NCBI GenBank assembly: GCA_043812955.1
Contig: JBDRLN010000064.1
Location: forward strand, 326-64,325
Origin: Candidatus Omnitrophota bacterium
GTDB taxonomy: Bacteria > Omnitrophota > Gorgyraeia > Gygaellales > Profunditerraquicolaceae
Length of the DNA stretch: 64,000 bases
Reading direction: 5' to 3'
In this document: piece after piece, positions 1-9,562 of the stretch
Numbering within the stretch: the stretch's first letter is position 1
Layout of the letters: each line of letters starts with the position of its first letter
Program-made: the position numbers and the translations under genes
The notes under the pieces: generated by a model
What the model saw: only the letters and a program-made list of their open reading frames with translations
What the model was told of the DNA's origin: nothing
The model's database searches: none

Positions 1-146
1 GCAGGATAAAAGGAGGCATGTATCTTGCTCAGGATAAAAAATTATACTTGATTATTTTTACCCACTCTTTAAAAATAAGCCTCGAGGCTAATCCTGATCC
101 CGTATCAAATTAAATAATCCCAAAAACTAGGGAATGTTTCTTCGCT

Positions 147-203
147 AGGGGACGTTTCTATTCTTTAAGTTTGTATTAAGTTGTAAAAAATAGAAGCGTC
201 CCC
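147..203. repeat. Family-A palindrome copy 1: GGGGACGTTTCTATTC ... AAAAATAGAAGCGTCCCC, ~16-18 bp stem with one mismatch and ~20-nt AT loop
   Basis: Inverted repeat read directly; flanked by partial copies GGAATGTTTC (131-140) and GGAATGTCCCC (221-231). Confidence 0.8.
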
Positions 204-238
204 TGTTTATAGGAATGTCCCCGGTTTTAATTTTTCTA

Positions 239-265
239 TTGACATATTAAGTTTTTTTGTATAAT
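239..265 (+). promoter_or_regulatory. sigma70-like promoter: TTGACA (239-244), 15-nt spacer, TGTATAAT (258-265)
   Basis: Consensus -35 and -10/extended -10 hexamers ~70 bp upstream of the 335 start, which follows the RBS AAAAAGGAGGGGG. Confidence 0.5.
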
Positions 266-334
266 ATACTAACATTAGTCCGGTATCCCTATCAGGGCAG
301 TTTAAATTCTGGATAATCAAAAAAGGAGGGGGAA

Positions 335-1291
335 GTGAGTATAAGAAAATGGAGCGGGTTGGGTCTGGTGATTGCGGTATTGATGTGCGTCAGCGTATCT
401 TGGGCAGCGCAGAAAAAGGTCCTTTTTATTGATGCTTATCATGAAGGATATGCCTGGAGCGATGGTGAGGTTCAAGGGGCAAAAGATACAATCGGCAATA
501 AAGCGGAGTTTAAAGTTATTCGTATGGATACCAAGCGTAACGGATCGGAAGATTTCAAGAAACAGGCAGCGCTTCAGGTCAAGGCCGTAATAGAATCTTA
601 CAAGCCTGATGTGGTTATTGCCGCGGATGATAATCCCTCTAAGTATGTTATTGTTCCTTATTATAAAGATTCGAACATTCCGTTTGTATTTATCGGGGTT
701 AACTGGGATGCTTCTAGTTACGGATTTCCCTGGCCTAATGTTACCGGTGTATTGGAGGTTTCTGTTGTGAAGCCTCTTATTGAAATGATGCGGACCTACG
801 CTAAGGGTGACCGTTTGGGATTTATCGGTAAAGACAATGAAACCGATCGTAAAGAAGCGGACAACTGGACCAAAAAGTATGGCGTAGCGCTTAATACCAG
901 ATTTGTAAATACTTTTGAAGAATGGAAGGCTGCTTACAAAGAGTTAAACGATCAGTGTGATATGCTCTTTGTGGTTAATAATGCCGGTATCAAGGATTGG
1001 AATGATGCTGAAGCAAAAGCTTTTGTCAGAGAAGTTACTAAAATACCCACCAGTAGCTCGCATGATTTTATAGCCCCGTTTGTTTTAATTGATTATGCCA
1101 AGCTGGCTGAGGAACAAGGCGAGATCGGAGCAGAGATAGCCTTACAGATATTAAATGGTAAATCACCTAAAGATATACCGGTAACTAATAATAAAAAAGG
1201 CCAGACTTATGTTAATTTGCCTATTGCGAAAAAACTAGGCATTAAGTTCACGCCTCAGTTTTTAAGATCGTGTAAAGTTATTAACGAATAA
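335..1291 (+). CDS. secreted/periplasmic substrate-binding-like protein (ABC-type SBP fold, possibly COG2984/PF04392-like); GTG start; N-terminal signal peptide
   Basis: Hydrophobic N-terminus LGLVIAVLMCVSVSWAA; alpha/beta SBP-like composition; no permease or ATPase partner nearby. Confidence 0.4.
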   Translation: MSIRKWSGLGLVIAVLMCVSVSWAAQKKVLFIDAYHEGYAWSDGEVQGAKDTIGNKAEFKVIRMDTKRNGSEDFKKQAALQVKAVIESYKPDVVIAADDNPSKYVIVPYYKDSNIPFVFIGVNWDASSYGFPWPNVTGVLEVSVVKPLIEMMRTYAKGDRLGFIGKDNETDRKEADNWTKKYGVALNTRFVNTFEEWKAAYKELNDQCDMLFVVNNAGIKDWNDAEAKAFVREVTKIPTSSSHDFIAPFVLIDYAKLAEEQGEIGAEIALQILNGKSPKDIPVTNNKKGQTYVNLPIAKKLGIKFTPQFLRSCKVINE

Positions 1292-1376
1292 GGCTGCGAA
1301 TATTATTGCAGTAATTGACGCTGGTTTTAAAATCGGAGGTAAAATCAGCAGTTTAAGAGGCTCGGAAAAAACCGGG

Positions 1377-4154
1377 TTGATGCAAAAAGGGGTCAATCCG
1401 GTTTTTTCTTTTTTTTCGATGAAAAATAAAAAAACTTTATTAATCTTCTTATTGTTTCTTATTTCCTATTCTTTATTTGCTGAGCCTGCTTTTTCTGCCT
1501 CTCAGGCGGCGGAATATCTCTGCGATTTAGGTGTATCTTTTTATAAGCGCGAGAGATATGAAGAGGCGCTTACTGAATTTAAAAAAGCGCTGCTGCTTGA
1601 ACCCGATAATAAAATAGCCTTAAATTATATTAATAATGTATTTAACCGGCCTGTCCAACAGGCAGCCTCGCCTGTCGAACAACCTGCTAAAATAATTGCC
1701 CCGCAAGTACCTATCTTAGAGAACAAAAAAGTGACGACTAGCCGGGATCAAGTTATTCTTAGCGCTTTAAATAGCTACAGTCCAGTCCAATCTCAGGATA
1801 AATCTATTAATCAAACTTTACCTATTGATCAAACCGATAAAGCAATCAGTTATATAAATAGCAATACAGCCCAAGGAAATTTCGGAGTTCTGGATGTACA
1901 CGGAGATATTGCCTTGGGCGTAGGTTTTACTTCCGACGATTTTATCTGGAAAGATGCCAATGCTGATAAAATAGGAGTACCCAGGGAGAAAAACTGGAGG
2001 TATCTGTGGGGAGACGAAAAACACAATACTTACGATAAAAGGATTTTTGACCGCCTGAATCTGGATATAGAGACCAAATATAATTCGCCCTGGAATGCTT
2101 TTATGGAAATAACCGTTGATCCCTGGACTTTTGTCAGCAAGAAAGATGTGACCTCTTACTCTAATGTGGGAGGAGATTTTGTAGATATGCGTTTTAAATA
2201 CTGGTCTGCGGATAGAAGGACCGCAAATGAAGTATACCGTTCCAATAAAGGTAACATCATTAATATTAAACAGAATAAGGTTGTTGATGGTAAAACTAGC
2301 TTAATTAACCCTACGGCTTTAAATGATTGGTTTACAGATTTTAACCAGATAGAGCAGCAAAAACTTAAGATGGAATATCGCCCCTTAAGAAAACTCTGGA
2401 TTAATTATATAGACGATGATTATACCCTTAAGATATTTCCTATTTCCGACCAATTCGAGGCTTTAACTACCGATGACCCATTAAGGTTATCCGATAACCG
2501 TCACTATTGGGAAGAGGGCGCCTGGCTGGATGAGTATGAACCCAGCCGAGTATTTTATCCGGACAGCGGCTTAAAACCGATTAAAAGAGGAAGATGGATC
2601 AGGCGGATGTCTTTTTTTACCAAAGACAGCAGTGATGATTACCCCCATAGACTTACGTTTCTTCGGGGCGCGACTTTTAAAACTAAAACCGACTCTTATT
2701 CCTTTCAGGCCACCGTTGCTACTCCGATGAGCCTCTGGGATAATTACGAAAATTCAAATAGCATTAATTATGCTGACCGTTTAAAAATTCCTTTGAATGA
2801 AGACCTACAAGTAGGAATGGTTAATACGGTAAAATTAGGTTTAAATAAAGGCAGTTTAGAAGCCCAAAACGAGGTAACCGGGCTGGATTTAAATTATAAT
2901 TTGGATTGTAATACTGTCTTCTCGGCAGAAGCGGCGGGAAGTTACACCAGAATAGGGGAAGATCCAGGTTTTTACACAGTTTATCATGGGTTGGCAGGTA
3001 AAGCCGGGGTGAAATATGATGAATCTAAAGAGAAAAAAGGAGGATTTTATAAGTCAGAGGTATACGCTGCCCATATGGGCAATAAATTCTTTCCGGGATT
3101 GTCAAATTACCGTTATACCAGATCCGATGATCCAACTTTTAGCCGCAACGTATATTTTGATGAAATAGGTGATATTAATATACCCCTTATCTGGGGCGAT
3201 GGCATGGACCGGGCCAGAAATGCTCTCGGCCTTAAATTTAATATCAAAGGCTTTGATGAAAGATTAGACAATGATATCAAATACCGTAATGTCCATGAAG
3301 ATACGGGTAAATATGTTGAATCGGTATTAAGAGTAGAGTCTACCTATAAGGCTAATCCGCGATTAACTACTAAATTGTTGGGCTATTATCAGCATCTTCC
3401 CAAAACCCACGCTAATCAAGACCCCCTGCTTTACTTAAAGACTATGTATTCTTTAACCGATTATTTTTCTGATGTAGATGCCCATCCTGAAAATTCGGTA
3501 ATTGTCGATGATAAAGATCCGTCGATTGGCGCATTCGGAGCAGGGGCCCATTATTACCTGATAGAAGAATGCCTTGCGGTTGAAGGGATATATCAGCGGA
3601 CCAATGACCCGCTGGATTTTCCCCGTGGTTTGTTAAACGATAACTATGTTACAACCGAAACCCGAGATGGGCATCTCTGGGATAAAGTTTCTCCGTTTTT
3701 ATACGACCAGAGTTTTTTTAGCACGCCACCTTATCGATATTATGATATTGCCCGGACCAGATTGATCTACACCCCGAATGAAAAATGGGAACATATCTTT
3801 AGATTTACTTATAATGAAAATAGATACGCCAGCGCCTTAAATTATAATCTTAACCACGCCGGATTAGAAACAACCTATAAACCAAATGAGAAATGGACGT
3901 TTTGGGGTTCATATATTTACTCTCGCCTAATCGATGTTTATAAACAGAATGAACACCAAAAGAGAGCGGGATTCTCCGATGACCACCATAACTTTTTTAT
4001 CGGTACGGAATATAAATTAAACAAAGACGAAGCCTTTAACCTTCTTTATGGCGAGTTTGTGGCCTATAAGGAGCCTTTTCAACAGGGAAATTGGTGCCTT
4101 TCGTCCTTAGATACCCAGCACATAGTCCGCGTATCTTACCGCCGGAAATTCTAA
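1377..4154 (+). CDS. large secreted protein: N-terminal TPR repeats, then ~800-aa beta-rich region ending in aromatic ...YRRKF (possible outer-membrane beta-barrel)
   Basis: Signal peptide MKNKKTLLIFLLFLISYSLFA; real start more likely Met at 1419; TPR motif EEALTEFKKALLLEPDN; C-terminal Phe typical of OMPs. Confidence 0.55.
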   Translation: MMQKGVNPVFSFFSMKNKKTLLIFLLFLISYSLFAEPAFSASQAAEYLCDLGVSFYKRERYEEALTEFKKALLLEPDNKIALNYINNVFNRPVQQAASPVEQPAKIIAPQVPILENKKVTTSRDQVILSALNSYSPVQSQDKSINQTLPIDQTDKAISYINSNTAQGNFGVLDVHGDIALGVGFTSDDFIWKDANADKIGVPREKNWRYLWGDEKHNTYDKRIFDRLNLDIETKYNSPWNAFMEITVDPWTFVSKKDVTSYSNVGGDFVDMRFKYWSADRRTANEVYRSNKGNIINIKQNKVVDGKTSLINPTALNDWFTDFNQIEQQKLKMEYRPLRKLWINYIDDDYTLKIFPISDQFEALTTDDPLRLSDNRHYWEEGAWLDEYEPSRVFYPDSGLKPIKRGRWIRRMSFFTKDSSDDYPHRLTFLRGATFKTKTDSYSFQATVATPMSLWDNYENSNSINYADRLKIPLNEDLQVGMVNTVKLGLNKGSLEAQNEVTGLDLNYNLDCNTVFSAEAAGSYTRIGEDPGFYTVYHGLAGKAGVKYDESKEKKGGFYKSEVYAAHMGNKFFPGLSNYRYTRSDDPTFSRNVYFDEIGDINIPLIWGDGMDRARNALGLKFNIKGFDERLDNDIKYRNVHEDTGKYVESVLRVESTYKANPRLTTKLLGYYQHLPKTHANQDPLLYLKTMYSLTDYFSDVDAHPENSVIVDDKDPSIGAFGAGAHYYLIEECLAVEGIYQRTNDPLDFPRGLLNDNYVTTETRDGHLWDKVSPFLYDQSFFSTPPYRYYDIARTRLIYTPNEKWEHIFRFTYNENRYASALNYNLNHAGLETTYKPNEKWTFWGSYIYSRLIDVYKQNEHQKRAGFSDDHHNFFIGTEYKLNKDEAFNLLYGEFVAYKEPFQQGNWCLSSLDTQHIVRVSYRRKF

Positions 4155-4160
4155 TAATTA

Positions 4161-4212
4161 GGGGACGTTTCTATTTTTTTATTTGAAAAATTTGAAAAAA
4201 TAGAAACGTCCC
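4161..4212. repeat. Family-A palindrome copy 2: GGGGACGTTTCTATTTTTTT ... AAAAAATAGAAACGTCCC, between convergent genes; likely bidirectional terminator
   Basis: ~18-bp perfect stem, T-rich 3' flank on + strand; sits between the stop at 4154 (+) and the stop at 4221 (-). Confidence 0.8.
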
Positions 4213-4220
4213 GTTTGATT

Positions 4221-7200
4221 TTATTCTAAATAAATATCGATTTTTTTGATTTGCCTGTTGCGGATTTGTTCGGCGTAAGGCGAGGGTATGATTTCAGAAG
4301 TTATTTCTTTGGTATTTCCGGCCTGGTCAGATAGTATTATCTTCTTTATAAGAGCAGCGGCCTTACCAAACGTATTTTTCCTTTCCGGGTTATGGTATAT
4401 AACCGTGATTTTACTTAAAAAATTGAAAGTATAAGTTCTATCCTTCGAGAATAACCATCGCGGGAGAATAGGGCAGAACTTTAAATTTAATTCGTTTTTG
4501 TTATTCAAAACAAACGGCTGTTTTCCGATATTCATAACTAACCAGATATTTAAAAATTCCGCAGTTGAGCCGGAAAGGCGGGCTACAAATCCATTTCCAT
4601 GCAGTTTTTTATCCGGAAATACGCTGCTGACTAAAAATGACGAATTCTCTAGAATGCTCCTGCCGTAAACTTCAGGTTTTTGGAAAGGAATAAGGCAATT
4701 TTTAAAATCCTGAAAAAATTCTTCATAGAGCCCGCATTTAAGCAGTTCCAACAGATATTTATACTCCATATGCAGCCAGATAGATTCATTCTCTAGCCAG
4801 CCGGGAGTAAACACCCTGCAGCGCCCGATTTCTTCCGGCATGCTAGCCAGAGAAGAAGTTACTTTATACATCTTAAGTTTTTTATCGTAGAGCTGGCTTT
4901 TAAGGATTGCCTTATACATATTCTGGGCTTGGGCTTTATCCATTAGTCTTAAAGCATGAAAAGGTCCTTCCAAAAAGAAAGGCACTTTTTTCTGTTCAAA
5001 TTTCGTAGGTTTAATAAAGGGTGGTTCTAGGCTAACGAATTCTTCGACCACATTTATAAAATAGGAATAGTAAATGTTTTCTTTATTATCCCAGGCTTTA
5101 TTTAATCCTGAGTCTAATTTTTTTAGCGTATCTTCAAGTATGGTGATCAGCTCATCCCTATTAACCTGTTTTTCTTTTCCACTGACTCCAAAGTTAGTCT
5201 TCTGCCGATATTCCTCTTTTAAGGTGTGGGTTTTATCCCAGAAAATAAAGTCTTTATCATTAGTGTCAGTAGTAAAGTATTCGCGGATCAAAGCGCCTAA
5301 GCCAAAGAGCAGATTATATATTTCTTCAGCCAGAAACACATTTTCTATACTGTTTTTTTTGAGGCTTTCTTTTAAGAATATGGCCAGCCTTTTTAATTCA
5401 AAGGTTTCGCAACTTGATGATCCAAAAAGCGCGGGTAGACCGTTTAAGGAATCAAACCAGTTGGGCTTATCCGCCTCCATTTCAATACCTATTCCCGAGG
5501 GGTCAAGAGAAGCCAGCTTATTAGCTAAGATGCAGATCAATTTACCCGCGCAAGTGGTTTTATAAACTTCGCCTTGACCATGATCAGTCCTGGCTAAGCG
5601 CGGTGAGCTTACACGATTTTCCAACATCACTTTTTTTGAATCGTCAAAACCAACGGAATGCAATTGTTTAGGTAACCCATTGAGAAGAAGATATTTCTGG
5701 CAGCGGGGTTTTATAAACGTAAAATAATCATAAAACGTAAAATCTTTCTTTTCAAAGGCTAATTCTTTTAATTTCTCAGGATAGATTGCCAGGTAGTTTT
5801 CTATCAAGTCCAGATTATAGGCCCAGTGGTCAGTCCAAAAACCTTCATGAAAACTGGCTTCCTGGGATTTTTGGCAGTGAGAAAGAAGAATATTAATGAA
5901 TTCATCGGGTTTTACCTTCAGTTTAATTATTTTTTCTTCAAAAAATATAATGACCTCGCCGGGAGTAAAAGATTTGCTGAAGAACTCCGCTGTTTCCGGA
6001 GTAATTTTTCCCTGAATAAGAGTTTCTAATACCAGAAAAAACTGCTCCGGATTAGTCAGCCTGAATAAAGCGCCTTTGACTACTAAAGGGTTAAATCCGT
6101 CCAGTTGAATCAAGTTTAAGAACATGGTAATGTTTTCATCAGTTACCTCAGGATTAAACCAGTTGTCGCACCTGCGATTCTGATTAATGTCGCGGTAATT
6201 ACCATTACCTTGGGAGAAATAAGTAGGATCAAGTTCGTACTTATTATAGTCCCTTTCCAGATCTCCGTGTTTGCGGGAATAGAGATAAAATATGGTTTTA
6301 TGGAGTTTAGACTTGAAGCTGACCGGATAGCCACCGCGCATAATATTATCCAGGTAAGTCTGTTTGGCATAAAGGTCGAATTCTCTCGACGAGCTGCGGG
6401 TCGATATATCGTTCTGCAAATTTTCGATGGTCTCTTTATTCTGTTTCTTCTTTAAGTCTAAATAGCCTGCCTTCGTTATGCGGGAGAGGGAGGAATTCAG
6501 TATTTTTAGGTTGCGCATATTCCCGATTATGGAGTAATAAGTCTTCTGGGAATTGGGAGGAAGTTCAAAATCCAGGTCCAGAAAAGCGCAGGGGGTTTTA
6601 TTCTGAGTTATCTGGTTCTTGGGATAACGGAAAATTTTATTGCCCAGGAAATGATAGGGACAGGAAAAATCGCTTACCGGCCCAAATATGCATTGAGGAT
6701 CGACTACAGGCTTGATAATCTTTGAATGATTATTTTTGTCAAAGTGAAAACCCAGGAAGAAATTACCCTCTTTGATATGGATGACTTGTGGGCGGTCGAT
6801 CGGGTCGACATCTACTTTAAAGAAAGGAACATGATTCTCCAAATTCTCAACTTTCATCCAGGCCTCGACCGTACGGCTTAGTTTTTTCAAAAACAGATTA
6901 TATATTCCATACGGGACTATTTTAGGCACACCGTCCAACAACTGAATTTTACGGGTTTTTTTACCGGTATTTTTTATGGTTACGATCCTGACCAAGCCGG
7001 CATAGGAATCTTGGGGGATATTAAAATATTCAACTTCGGTTTTAAGTCCGAGAGTGGTATTTTCTTCCTGGATATTCAGGTCATGCGAAGTAATGGACAT
7101 CCTGGTATTTAGGTCAAAATCTATATTAGTAAACCCGTTATGAAAGGGCTCGTAAAATATATTATCTTTAGAGGAGAGTATCTTTACAAAAGTGCGGAAT

Positions 7201-7457
7201 CCCAGCAAGGAGACTGATTCCCAGGCTTTATTCGCCGGAAGGAATTCTAATATAGCGTGGTCGCGGTTTTTGACTCCGAAACTAATAATTGCCTGGCCGC
7301 GGTTAACATAGAAGAGCCACATTGGTATGCCGTATTCTCCGGCAATGCCCGGGAAAAAGCTGGCAAACGGCTTGGCATAGTTGTAATTTTCAATAATAAA
7401 TTCGTCTTTATCGTTTAAATAATATTTCGGTTTTTTATTTTTAAAATTTTTTGTCAT
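4221..7457 (-). CDS. large (1078 aa) cytoplasmic hypothetical protein, possibly a glycoside hydrolase/phosphorylase-like multidomain enzyme
   Basis: Long uninterrupted ORF with good RBS (AAGGGAG) before its ATG; no TM or signal peptide; weak resemblance to (alpha/alpha)6 glycosidase/phosphorylase architecture only. Confidence 0.6.
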   Translation of the reverse strand: MTKNFKNKKPKYYLNDKDEFIIENYNYAKPFASFFPGIAGEYGIPMWLFYVNRGQAIISFGVKNRDHAILEFLPANKAWESVSLLGFRTFVKILSSKDNIFYEPFHNGFTNIDFDLNTRMSITSHDLNIQEENTTLGLKTEVEYFNIPQDSYAGLVRIVTIKNTGKKTRKIQLLDGVPKIVPYGIYNLFLKKLSRTVEAWMKVENLENHVPFFKVDVDPIDRPQVIHIKEGNFFLGFHFDKNNHSKIIKPVVDPQCIFGPVSDFSCPYHFLGNKIFRYPKNQITQNKTPCAFLDLDFELPPNSQKTYYSIIGNMRNLKILNSSLSRITKAGYLDLKKKQNKETIENLQNDISTRSSSREFDLYAKQTYLDNIMRGGYPVSFKSKLHKTIFYLYSRKHGDLERDYNKYELDPTYFSQGNGNYRDINQNRRCDNWFNPEVTDENITMFLNLIQLDGFNPLVVKGALFRLTNPEQFFLVLETLIQGKITPETAEFFSKSFTPGEVIIFFEEKIIKLKVKPDEFINILLSHCQKSQEASFHEGFWTDHWAYNLDLIENYLAIYPEKLKELAFEKKDFTFYDYFTFIKPRCQKYLLLNGLPKQLHSVGFDDSKKVMLENRVSSPRLARTDHGQGEVYKTTCAGKLICILANKLASLDPSGIGIEMEADKPNWFDSLNGLPALFGSSSCETFELKRLAIFLKESLKKNSIENVFLAEEIYNLLFGLGALIREYFTTDTNDKDFIFWDKTHTLKEEYRQKTNFGVSGKEKQVNRDELITILEDTLKKLDSGLNKAWDNKENIYYSYFINVVEEFVSLEPPFIKPTKFEQKKVPFFLEGPFHALRLMDKAQAQNMYKAILKSQLYDKKLKMYKVTSSLASMPEEIGRCRVFTPGWLENESIWLHMEYKYLLELLKCGLYEEFFQDFKNCLIPFQKPEVYGRSILENSSFLVSSVFPDKKLHGNGFVARLSGSTAEFLNIWLVMNIGKQPFVLNNKNELNLKFCPILPRWLFSKDRTYTFNFLSKITVIYHNPERKNTFGKAAALIKKIILSDQAGNTKEITSEIIPSPYAEQIRNRQIKKIDIYLE

Positions 7458-7569
7458 TTATTTACTCCCTTAAGACCCCATAATAATTAGGATAAACCGT
7501 CTAATATTTGATTAACCTATTTTACATAATTTTACGAATTTGTCTACATCTTTTCTGGATAATGATAAT

Positions 7570-7624
7570 GGGGTCAGAATTATTTTTTAATACCCTGGGT
7601 GTTTAAAAATAATTCTGTGACCCC
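7570..7624. repeat. Family-B palindrome: GGGGTCAGAATTATTTTTT ... AAAAATAATTCTGTGACCCC
   Basis: Perfect ~19-bp inverted repeat with 16-nt loop, downstream (in transcript sense) of the minus-strand gene start; a half-copy occurs at 41083-41101. Confidence 0.75.
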
Positions 7625-7639
7625 ATTTCTCAATACCTT

Positions 7640-7668
7640 TTGACTTTGGGTTCGAAAAGTGCTAAAAT
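7640..7668 (+). promoter_or_regulatory. sigma70-like promoter for gatCAB: TTGACT, 17-nt spacer, TGCTAAAAT (extended -10)
   Basis: Consensus spacing; ~30 bp upstream of the GTG start at 7699 with RBS TAGGAGAAAG. Confidence 0.5.
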
Positions 7669-7698
7669 AAAGCATTAAATTAAGCATAGGAGAAAGCA

Positions 7699-7986
7699 GT
7701 GGCGATCAACAAAGATACAGTTGAATACGCAGCTAATTTATCCCGCATTGACATGGCGGATAATGAGTTAGAGAAATTATCCCGGCAGATCCAGGATATA
7801 GTTAATTATATTGATAAACTTAAAGCCCTGGATACCGCTGATATTGAACCTACAAGCCATATCCTGCCTATTAGTAATATATTGCGCGAAGATATTGCGG
7901 CTGCGTCATTACCGATAGAAAAAATCCTGAAAAATGCGCCTGCAAAAAAAGGTAATTTCTTCTCTGTCCCGAAAGTAATTGAATAA
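7699..7986 (+). CDS. gatC: Asp/Glu-tRNA(Asn/Gln) amidotransferase subunit C
   Basis: 95-aa protein immediately upstream of gatA and gatB; typical GatC size and operon position. Confidence 0.8.
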   Translation: MAINKDTVEYAANLSRIDMADNELEKLSRQIQDIVNYIDKLKALDTADIEPTSHILPISNILREDIAAASLPIEKILKNAPAKKGNFFSVPKVIE

Positions 7987-9468
7987 ATGGCCAGCCTAAA
8001 ACTTAATACCTTAACCGCACACGAATTATTGGAGAAACTTGATATTCAAGAAGTTTCTCCAGATGAGATTGTGGTTTGTCTCCAGGAGCAGATAAAAAAA
8101 GTCGATCCTATCGTCCGGGCTTATGCGCGCCTGGAGAAAGGCCTTAAAGATAAGCAGATTATGGGCAAGGGTGGGATTTTACAAGGGCTTCCAGTCTCCC
8201 TAAAAGATAATATTTGCACAGAAGGTTATAATACTGAATGCTGTTCCCGCATATTAGATGGTTTTAAGCCTCCTTACGATGCCACGGTAATCCGTAAATT
8301 AAAAGAAGCGGGAGCAACCGTCTTAAATATAAAAACCAATATGGATGAGTTTGCCTTTGGTTCTTCTACGGAGAATTCCTGTTTTGGCCCTACTCATAAT
8401 CCCTGGAATTTAGATTGTGTTCCCGGGGGTTCTTCGGGCGGCTCAGCCGCGGCTGTTGCCAGCAATGAAGCTGTATTTGCTATAGGAACGGATACTGGAG
8501 GCTCTATACGCCAACCAGCATCTTTTTGTGGCGTAGTCGGCCTTAAGCCGACCTATGGAAGAGTCTCCCGTAATGGATTGATTGCTTTTGCTTCAAGCCT
8601 TGATCAGATCGGCCCGATTACTAAAGATGTAAGAGACAGCGCGATATTAATGAATGTTATATCCGGATATGATCCTTATGACTCAACATCAGTCAATATA
8701 GGCGTTCCCGATTATACTAAATCATTAGTCAAGGATATCCATGGTTTAAAAATAGGCATACCCAAAGAATATTTTATTGAAGGAATGGATTCGGAGATAA
8801 AAAAGTTGACTGAAGACGCGATAAATAAATTAAAGGCCTTAGGGGCTGTTTGTACGCTGGTATCACTACCGCATACCGAATACGCGACTGCGGTTTATTA
8901 TATATTAGCTACTGCCGAGGCTAGTTCTAATCTATCCAGGTATGATGGCGTACAATACGGGCTGCGCAGCGAAAACCGTAAACCTTACCTGTCCGGCAGG
9001 CAGGCGGAAGCCGATAACCGGTTAATCGGCATGTATAAAACAACTCGGGGGAATGGTTTTGGCGACGAGGCAAAAAGAAGAATAATCCTGGGAACATTCG
9101 CCCTTTCACATGGATACTATGACGCTTATTACCTGCGGGCATTAAAAGTACGTACTTTGATAAAACAGGATTTTAACCGAATATTCAAGGAATACGATTG
9201 TATTGCCGCTCCTACAACGCCTTCTCCTGCGTTTAAAATCGGTGAGAGGGCGCAGGACCCTTTGAGTATGTACCTATCTGATATTTATACGATTTCGGCA
9301 AATTTAGCCGGTCTACCGGCGATATCCGTTCCTTGTGGTTTAACTAAAAATAATCTTCCGGCGGGATTACAGATTTTAGCTAAGCCGTTTGCGGAAGAGA
9401 CAATTTTTAAAGTAGCTTATACGTATGAACAAAATACGCCTTGGCACTTGCAGAGACCTAGTATTTAG
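7987..9468 (+). CDS. gatA: Asp/Glu-tRNA amidotransferase subunit A (amidase signature family)
   Basis: Amidase signature [12 protein letters not shown] and [12 protein letters not shown]. Confidence 0.95.
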   Translation: MASLKLNTLTAHELLEKLDIQEVSPDEIVVCLQEQIKKVDPIVRAYARLEKGLKDKQIMGKGGILQGLPVSLKDNICTEGYNTECCSRILDGFKPPYDATVIRKLKEAGATVLNIKTNMDEFAFGSSTENSCFGPTHNPWNLDCVPGGSSGGSAAAVASNEAVFAIGTDTGGSIRQPASFCGVVGLKPTYGRVSRNGLIAFASSLDQIGPITKDVRDSAILMNVISGYDPYDSTSVNIGVPDYTKSLVKDIHGLKIGIPKEYFIEGMDSEIKKLTEDAINKLKALGAVCTLVSLPHTEYATAVYYILATAEASSNLSRYDGVQYGLRSENRKPYLSGRQAEADNRLIGMYKTTRGNGFGDEAKRRIILGTFALSHGYYDAYYLRALKVRTLIKQDFNRIFKEYDCIAAPTTPSPAFKIGERAQDPLSMYLSDIYTISANLAGLPAISVPCGLTKNNLPAGLQILAKPFAEETIFKVAYTYEQNTPWHLQRPSI

Positions 9469-9562
9469 ATGCGAAGAGAAGGTAGAGGTACAGGAAAAGG
9501 CATAGAAAAACTTTTCTTTACCTTCACCTATACCTTTACCTATTTATTTAAAATTCAATAAT

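Noticed and set aside
9469-9562. gatA-gatB spacer with imperfect inverted repeats (GAAGGTAGAGGTACAGG / CCTATACCTTTACCT) as a regulatory RNA
   Set aside because: The symmetry is imperfect and there is no conserved motif; most likely a weak intra-operon hairpin. Not enough evidence to call a feature.
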